Part shown: in pieces, positions 56,201-64,000 of the stretch
How positions within the stretch are numbered: position 1 is the stretch's first letter
How the letters are laid out: the number at the start of each line of letters is the position of its first letter
Source of the DNA: Epithemia pelagica
Taxonomy: Eukaryota; Protista; Bacillariophyta
Assembly: GCA_946965045.2 (NCBI GenBank)
Contig: OX337242.1
Span: 1,984,001-2,048,000 of the forward strand
Direction of reading: 5' to 3'
DNA length: 64,000 bases
Translations under genes and position numbers: made by a program
The notes under the pieces: model-generated
Seen by the model: only the letters and a program-made list of their open reading frames with translations
Told to the model about the DNA's origin: nothing
Databases searched by the model: none

Positions 56201-57062
56201 AGGATTCGGGCCACATGCAGTGGCCCTCTTCCAAGGCATTGTCCGGATCTTCGGAATGACAAATTCGTTTCTTTCGAGTTTGAGGTGGCAAGGATTGTTC
56301 ATCCGTCTCGTAGTTGTTGTAATAATAATTGGCCAGACAGCCTCCCTTGTAAAACGGGTTGCTGCAGTATCCAGTCGATAAGCATTCGGAATTGGGATGC
56401 AATTTGGTCCGACAAATATCACCATCAGAACACGGTGTCAAGGCCACCACAACACAAGGAAACCACGATAGGGCAAGAATCAGGAGCCAGAGTTTTGCTG
56501 TGATTCTTTTTGTTGTCCTTGGAACATACAGAGGCCCCGTCGCAGTCCGAAACAAAGAACCGGAGGGTCTTGGATGGCGTTCTTTTCCTCTTCTCGATGT
56601 TGTTGTTATGAACGGTTCTTGTGCCGAATGAGTGCATTTCTCTACTTGTTTCAAACCTAGTAAAGATTCAACCGCAGAAAACCATACATGCCAAAAATAT
56701 CTACTGGTTGCAGCAGCACATCCACAGGTGGCACAGATCCTGGAATTCTCCATAATAGAAACATCCGAAGGAGTTTCTGTTTGCATGCTTCGTTCGCCAA
56801 GAGACTTTGGCAGAACCGCATCTCCTGTTGTTTGTCGTTTGGGAACGGGACAGCATGTGGCGTTTTCCTTCATCTCGACAGGTACGACGTGGTGGTTCAT
56901 TGGGTGGGTTCCAAACTCGGGCAACGCTCGTTGCCCACGATCCTCCAAAGAAGATGATGGATCTCGCATGGGTTGCAGTCTTTGTCGCGTGATTCCCTCT
57001 ATTGGGTCAAATGTTTGAGATCTGGAGACTGCCTCTGCCGTTGACAAGGACAAACGAAACAA
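53287..57062 (-). CDS. Class C (7tm_3)-like GPCR with large extracellular substrate-binding-like domain; intron 55258-55454; start uncertain
   Basis: Splicing gives NCTGH|IVDFPCGWSSF. Seven hydrophobic helices (e.g. WLINYGYTLELVPL, WTALDPP, LAFQTRKV, YFLPKF); signal-like LWLLILALSWFPCVVVA. Confidence 0.8.
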
Positions 57063-57502
57063 GAGAGTGCTTTGCCCCTATCGGTGTGTTGCGTTGGTTG
57101 CTGGTTGCTTCTCTACAACAGCTACGAAGCTTCGAGCTCCATGGCAAACAGCAAACAGCGGAAAATGGTTTGACTCTATTCTTCCAACTGCCGCGCTCAC
57201 CCTGGGGTTAAGTCGACCGACTGCCCTGGCGCCATATCACTCGGAATCATGGAGCGGGGGGACAGCCCGCTTGTGTGACAAGGGGCCACATAGACGAACC
57301 GTTTTTCCGGGCCCCAAACAGCGGAAAATGGAAGACTCCCAAGAAAAAGCTCGGTCGCATTTGCAGGCGCGGTGGCAATTATTTGGTAATGAGCATTATT
57401 TAAATATGACATCCCAGGACACGGACGGACGGACGGATTCAACGTTTTTCCTCCTCCAGTTCGTTGCTCCCAAACGACGACGACAACAACAACAACAAGA
57501 GT

Positions 57503-58947
57503 ATGCCTCCGAGCAGCCAACGAGAGACGATTGCCCATGTCACTTCCATCACATCGTGCTCGACCACCTTTGCCACCTCGGCACAGGGCACAGGACATGG
57601 CGGCCGTGTTGAAAACGAGTGTTGACCTGCACTCGTGGCCCGGCAACCCCCACGCCCGATATCAGAGTCAGGCCCTTGTCCTGAGTCAGGCCCTTGTCCT
57701 AGGAACAGCCGAAACGGCAAATTCTCCCTCCATTGCCGGGTTGCAACAGGCTGGCTTTGTTCACAGACAAGTTGACCTTCCCGTTCAGTTGCAGAATATT
57801 ACCCATGTTGCGGGAGCTGATGATTTGCAACAGTCCATGCCACCCAATGAATGTTGTGGGGAACAGGAATTTCTCAAATTGCACGTCTATAGCATGACAG
57901 ATTTCAAGGTTGTCATTCACTTGGACTTGGATACGCTCATCGTCCAACCCCTGGACCCTCTCTTGGATGCCATGATCTTATCGCCCAAGACTGACGAGGG
58001 GTACCAAGCACGACAGCGCTTGTTTGCCCCACCCCAAACTCACGGCGACCACGACAAGAGCAACAAGTTTCCGTATCGTCGCTTGGCCGCGGCCTTGTAT
58101 GAGCCACGTGTTTCCTTGGAACAACTTGTCATTCATGCCTATTACACGTCCGACTACAACTTGTATCCTCGTCGAGTCCAGAGAAAGGGTGGAAAGGTGG
58201 GCATACAAGGTGGAGTCATGATTGTGAAACCCAACAATGACACCCTGGCGGATCTTGTCCACTTGGTCCATTCGGGACAGTTTTTCCATGGGAGGGATGC
58301 CCGTTCCGGGTGGTTTCAAAAGGGATATGGGTAAGGCGGTGTTCTAGTTTAGCCGGAAATCGCGCATGGTGCAAGGGAACCACAAGGGCCAACTCACTGA
58401 CTCGCCTTGTCTGTTTGTTTCGATTCATTCGTTCTCGTCTATAAATAAAGCAATCATATTTGGGGCGCCAAAACCATACAAGGCATCATGGCCTATTACT
58501 ACAAGGAAGTCAAACCCGCTGAGAGCGTCGAGCTCAATCGTTGTCGTTTCAATCAGATTGCCGAGAATCCACGGCGGTCCTCCTTTGATGGACGGGGACT
58601 GTATCCACGAGGAACTCCTGTCAACTCCACAACTGCAACCTACCACGACCAGGAATGGACGGTCCAATTGTGACGACGAACAATGTCAAACGTGGCCCCT
58701 GGAGGAGTCGTACATTTTGCATTATACGTATTGCAAGCATCCCACCCGGTGTGACGACGTTGTCTACAATGAAACACTCAAAGAACAGCAATGCCGCAAC
58801 ATGCGTCGAGCGTGGTTCTTGGTCCGAAAGTTGCTCGCACAAGAGGCCCAGGAACCTCTTCCCACGGGAACCTACTTTCCCGACATTTATCAAGGCTTTT
58901 GCCAACAAGTGGGCAAATACCGTACGACTCGGGGGATGGTGACATGA
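57503..58947 (+). pseudogene. GT8-like glycosyltransferase, frameshifted
   Basis: TIAHVTSITSC / MAAVLKTSV, EFLKLHVYSMTDFKVVIHLDLDTLIVQPLD, QGGVMIVKP, intron 58331-58450 then IWGAKTIQGIMAYYY / LHYTYCKHP. Frameshifts at 57581-57594 and ~58625-58650. Confidence 0.75.
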
Positions 58948-59637
58948 GTTTTAGTATTACTACTACGAAATGACACTACTTTGCTTTCCCCATTTGGACT
59001 TTTTCCTTGGCAGTGGCTTGAGCTTGTTTGCTCTTTCGTAGTTGTCGATTTTCGATTCCGCGCCAGTTTTGGCATGGTCCTCCACGACCTCGGATCATGG
59101 ATTAGGTACTCTTTCGAACTTGTTCGTTGGTCCACTCCTAGTACTGCCTCCTACTCCAAATATCATGTCATCTCCGCTTCATAAATGTGACTACGTGGAT
59201 GAATCGTTTGGTTCGATCATGCGAAATAAAATTCAAAGGTAACCTAGATACCCGTTTAAAAATCCAAGTTGCAGTCTTTTATGGGGTGAAAGCAAGAGAC
59301 TGAATGGAAAGGAAGGAGATCGTCCTTCGCACCTCTGGACATGAATCGGCCAAGTCCCAGGATGGAAGGTCCCAACGGCTGGCCCCAAGTGCAGTATCCC
59401 GGTACCAGAGAGGTGCAGACAAAACCATAAAAGTGTGTAAGGATCCCGAAACGACACACGTGTCGAATCCCCCAAGAGCCCAAAAGAGGAGAACGTATCA
59501 ACTCCCCTTTCATCCTCGAGGGGAATGAACTATTTGAAGTATACCAGGATTCATTTTTCTCTTTTCCGAGAGAAGAACGAGTTTTTTCAGTTTGGGGTGG
59601 TCCTGTCCACCATCACCTTTGGGCTCGTCCTAGGATC

Positions 59638-62212
59638 ATGGGGTTTGCTCGGATTGCCGTCTTTGTCATCATACCATGGGCATTCGTCACGAGCACCATG
59701 GGAATGGTAGAGCACTCTGCCGCCCGGTGGACACGAGGAGCAACTTTGTCCCATAGTCATCCCAGTGGCCATGTCCGATTGTCTTCCGCACGAAGATTGC
59801 AAGATGCCTCCTTCTCGGTGGATCTTTTCTTGGCAATTTACTATGTCAACAATGAGATTGCAACCAGTATTGAATCAACCCAGCAGGATAGTAGCCAGAC
59901 AAACGATATTGCAGCTCATTTTTGCAAGTCGGTAAACAATCAAGTAAGTGTCCAAAGATATATTTTGGTTGATTTGAAGCCTGGCTGAGACGCCATTTTC
60001 TCATCGTTTTGGTCCATGAATTCAGATTCGTGGTCCCCAAGTCCAGAATGCCGCCAATGCTATTGGTGTCAGCATTGGGACTCTCGAGTTGACAACAAAT
60101 GATGGCAAGGCTGATTACCAGTGTAGGTTTGGACCAACCTCCCGTGTCAATGTTGGTCGAGAGGATGACGGTTTGTTTGTCTTGGAGGTGGCACTCGAAC
60201 AAATTGTGCACGTCTCTTCTCCTACGCCGCTTTCTGCCGACAATGTGACAGCCATTGTGCTAGAAGGATTCAATCGCGGAGCAGGGGGTCGAGTTAGATT
60301 TCGTTGGTTGCTCCGACAACAGCCTGTGTACAATACGGTTGTTACTGTTGAAGTTTTGTTACCCTCTGAGTTGTCTCCATCTAATTCGCCCACACCACAA
60401 CAGTCTGACGAATCAACTTCTCCATCCAGGATCCCCATACCTTCCATGGCTCCTTCGTTTCTTCCATCCACCAAGTTCCCCAGCTTGTCACCTTTCTCTT
60501 CTTCTTCACCAACCATCAACCAAGAGACAGAGGCACCTTCCACAACAGTCGTGAATTCTGCAGTTCCTTCTCAAATACCATCGACTCTTCCAAGTGATTC
60601 AAGTTCGACCAATCCTTCATCTGCAGTTTCTTCCCAACCAACCATCTCTCCAAGCGCATTTCTATCAGCTATCCCTTCGATTCGGCCTTCAAATTCACCG
60701 TCGTCCATTCCAGCAACTGACGGACCAGGAAGTGGTTTCCCTTCGCCGTTCCCTTCCCAGTCGCCGACCAGACAACCATACTCAAACTTGCCATCTTCAA
60801 GATCATTAGATCCAACGATTCTCACTCTGCAGAAGACATCGGCTGATCCTACTTCCGATCCAGGTCCATCATCACCTTCTGTCTATCCTTCTTTAGCTCC
60901 AAGCATCGCACAATCAAAACGTCCTGCTTCAACAGCTTCCAGTGGTACAGATCAAGTGAATGGTCTCCTCGACTGCGACCATGACGACACGTACCACCTT
61001 CCTCTTATCCTTGGAGCGATTGGGGGTTTTGTATGTTTTGTTATTTCGTGTTGCTGCATGTTTTTCATATGGCTCGTTTTTGTTCGCAAAAGACCTCTGG
61101 CAAGGTATTATCAATCCAAAAATTCTCAAGCGGATGATTCAACGCCGTTTGATCCGGCCATGATAAGTTTCACGGAAGAATCGTCGTCGGTTGCCAACAC
61201 ACCAGATGAGAAAACTGCAAAATCGAATGCACATGCAGGACGAAAAGAAAGCGATGGCTTTTGGAGTAGCTTTGATGACAGTTCCATGTTTACAAGTGAA
61301 GATGAGGGAATGATGTATTCCCTCAGTGAAGTTCCCGCTCCTTCCCATGAATCTTCAATGATTTTACCCCCTTCACCTGGTAATATTGCCGATTTTGAAC
61401 ATGACTTCGCCTTTCCAGTTATTGAAGAGGAAGATGAGTCACGCCAAGACGATGATGCTCACTCTTCTTCAAAACCGTCTCATGAAGATTCAGCACGTGG
61501 AAAAGAGAGTGAACACGCCTTGCAGTCACACGATAAGACCCAAGAGGATTCGTTCTTTTCCATAGCTTTGAAACGCAGAGCTGCGAGAGACAGAGATATT
61601 TTGGAGTTCTCCGATGAGAATGAGTCCGATCCATTCGTGGACATTGAGAGCGATGATGATGACAGCCATCCCGATATGTTCAAGAGAAGCCTTAAGTACG
61701 AACAAACCGGGCCGAAAAATGTTAGTCCTTCAGAAGTTAGCCAAGCCAACGAGGACGAAAATGCATCTGAGTTATCGCCGTATAGCTTCGCCCCCTCGGT
61801 CTCCATGGATGATAGCTCCTTCAACCCTTACAATGCAGCGAGCTGGATGGGTAGCTCCCAGACGGAAACAAATTTGAGTAACCCTGGCGACGATGCAAAA
61901 CATGTTGGCTCCTCTGAGACCGAAGCGCGGAGACGACATGTTTTGACAACCAAACCATCAGAAAACTATGTGATGACTCGACAAAATGGACAGAAAGGAA
62001 ATCGAGTTCGGAAACCGATGTGGGACAGTACCCTTCTTCGAAATGTGCTCGAACGCGGACAAGTTCTCGCTGGAACTCGACCGCAGTCACAAAAGGGGTC
62101 CACGTCGTCCAAGCAAAGCATGTCGTCTACCCCAGTTACATCACCCGGAGACGATGGATACACCGAAGACAATCGAGGCGGAGTGGGTTCGTCAAGAAAG
62201 GTGTCTCTATAG
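59638..62212 (+). CDS. Mucin-like type I membrane protein (signal, RRLQ, S/P tract, TM, long acidic tail); intron 59944-60025
   Basis: MGFARIAVFVIIPWAFVTS signal; the GTAAGT..TTCAG intron joins ORF 59638 in frame to ORF 60089; TM LPLILGAIGGFVCFVISCCCMFFIWLVFV. Confidence 0.8.
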
Positions 62213-62588
62213 CTTTTGAAGCTACAGATATCCCTCTAATTTACTTGTGCGAATACAAGGGCATTATATCGCATCTTGAATTCATCCAGCTACGCCCAAT
62301 TGCATCATTGTAGGATAGGGGGACACAAAATTCAAGGTCCCATAGGTTTTGAAGGGTTCCAGATCATAGAAAATGGAAAGATACCATCCGAAACAGAAAT
62401 TGAACGTCAACTTGACTGCGAAGCCCTTCGATCCGTCCTGAGGATCAAGAAACAAACGAGAAGTGACCAATAGTTTCTAATGAAACTATTTTAGTCGACA
62501 GAGTGGATATAGGCTGCCTCAATGTCTACAGCGCCAACATGAATGATATGATTCGATACGTCTGGATTAAGATTTCTTCTCAACCCGG

Positions 62589-64000
62589 TCACATTCCGAG
62601 ATACGCAAATTCCAACTTCCGAATAGACATGAGAGGCCGTCCTTTTTCTTCCGCGACAATAACGAAGTGTTCATTCAGTTGATCATCTCCCACCAATTCA
62701 AACTCGCCGAGACTTGCTTGAAAAAAGTGCCGCGCATCGTACGGATTACTTCCAGTCGCGTGCAAATAGTTGGCATTGGGGAGTAGCTTGCGATACTCTT
62801 GGGCTGCTTGCTTCGCCGACGGACATGACGGTGGATATTGCTTGACGATACCCGCTGATATGTACACAGATCCGCTCGACATTCCTCGATAGTAATCGAC
62901 GGACACACGATATCGACCGGGGACAAGAGATGACAAATCCCAGCCTATTATCGCATCACTGGTACAGAGTCGAACACGGGGCGGGTCAAAGGCATAGGCA
63001 CAATCTCCGAGCATGAAAGTTGCGGTTGAAGCCTGCATGTTGAGCGGATTTTCCTGAAAAATTGGGTGCAGTATAATGTGTTTGGTCGTTGAGTTATGAT
63101 TTTGGAAGGCAGTTTCCATACTCGCATTGTTGTATATGGAAACTTTATTACGGGTAGAGCCATTGGAATTGGGACTCAAATACGCCAATGCTTTGATTGG
63201 CTGCCTTTGTTCCGCGGCCATCCGAGCGCAATTGAGTAACTTGGCATAGGAAAATCGTCCGTTTTTCTCCATAAACGATCCGTAGGGAATTTCCAAGTGA
63301 GAGCCATCTGATAATGATAGAGCAGAAACATGAAATGGACAATAGGTGAGAACCCATCTTGGATCTTGGATGCACACCGATTCGGTGTGAGAAGCGTTTC
63401 GGTCAGTGGTGTGCGTACGTACCTTGTTTCCCCACAAGAACGGTGGAATCAATGACCCGAAAAATGTGCACCTTGGCGGGGAGGCTCATATCGCTTCGCG
63501 CGGTGGCTATAGCCAACTGTCGGTACAAATCTAAATCGCTGCTCACTTCTTGCATACTCGTCGATGAAGACAGTGAGATGTGAAATAAGGATATATGTTC
63601 AACCGAAGCAATATGAAAGGCTTGTGCGGCAGCTTCGACCAGTTTCCAATAGGAAGCGTTCCCATTTTCATCCAGCAAAAAATCCACATCAAATCGGACA
63701 AGGGCATTGGCTGAGTTTAGTTCAAAAGACAGAATATGGATTGTGAGATTGAATACCTGAAAAGAAATGATAGATTTAATTCACGCGAAAAATATATGCA
63801 ATCAAGCACACTTACGTCGGCGATGGAGAGACAATTCAATTTGTGTTCCTCCAATTCGACTTCTTCGAACACCGCTCGGCATTGTCCCGAATGGTCCAGC
63901 CGATGGGTGATTGGCGCTCAGGTGGTGTTGCGCTTGGGATACTGCTCGTTGTGCGATTTGTGAGGGTGGTTGCGCTCGTACCACCGTGCGACGAACCGTA
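62589..64000 (-). CDS. Multi-exon hypothetical protein, 5' end outside the window; possible ubiquitin/PB1-like domains
   Basis: The terminal exon encodes ~250 aa. A plausible intron at 63365-63422 joins VLVGKQ|DPRW; further coding-like segments lie upstream. Confidence 0.5.

Noticed and set aside
1-64000. tRNA, rRNA, CRISPR arrays, telomeric repeats, LTR/RT/transposase ORFs
   Set aside because: No T-loop/cloverleaf, rRNA signature, regularly spaced repeat array or RT/integrase/DDE motif was seen by eye. Degenerate cases could have been missed.

Overview
Gene-dense eukaryotic nuclear DNA, most likely from a pennate diatom. This is an inference from the short GT-AG introns (mostly 58-120 bp, one of 197 bp, with GTAAGT/GTACGT donors), bipartite signal + 'ASAFAP'-like plastid leaders, CAA-rich low-complexity coding and the gene families present. 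It holds about 25 genes or pseudogenes: a P2-type ATPase, tRNA-splicing endonuclease subunit, TM9SF, SNF2/RAD5-16-like helicase, TPR protein, TrmB, triple fasciclin, FAD glycerol-3-P dehydrogenase, NAD(P)-binding protein, rhodanese, GT7, MYG1, PDZ protein, sulfotransferase, RING protein, RecQ, class C-like GPCR, a GT8-like pseudogene and two mucin-like type I membrane proteins. No rRNA, tRNA or CRISPR was recognised. Main highlights: (1) a circularly permuted, membrane-anchored NikA (46873-48696) with the nickel-metallophore-binding motifs intact and a Cys at each new terminus; (2) a 134-bp structured dispersed element with a 5' poly(A) run, present in two near-identical inverted copies, one of which has an 'empty site' paralog inside the window; (3) a 2.6-kb cargo (HNH-like gene plus broken HIBCH plus an orphan fragment) bracketed by a ~594-bp direct duplication of the TM9SF 5' end; (4) several frame-altering short tandem duplications. 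All coordinates, intron calls and mismatch counts were made by hand; family names come from motif recognition, not database searches.
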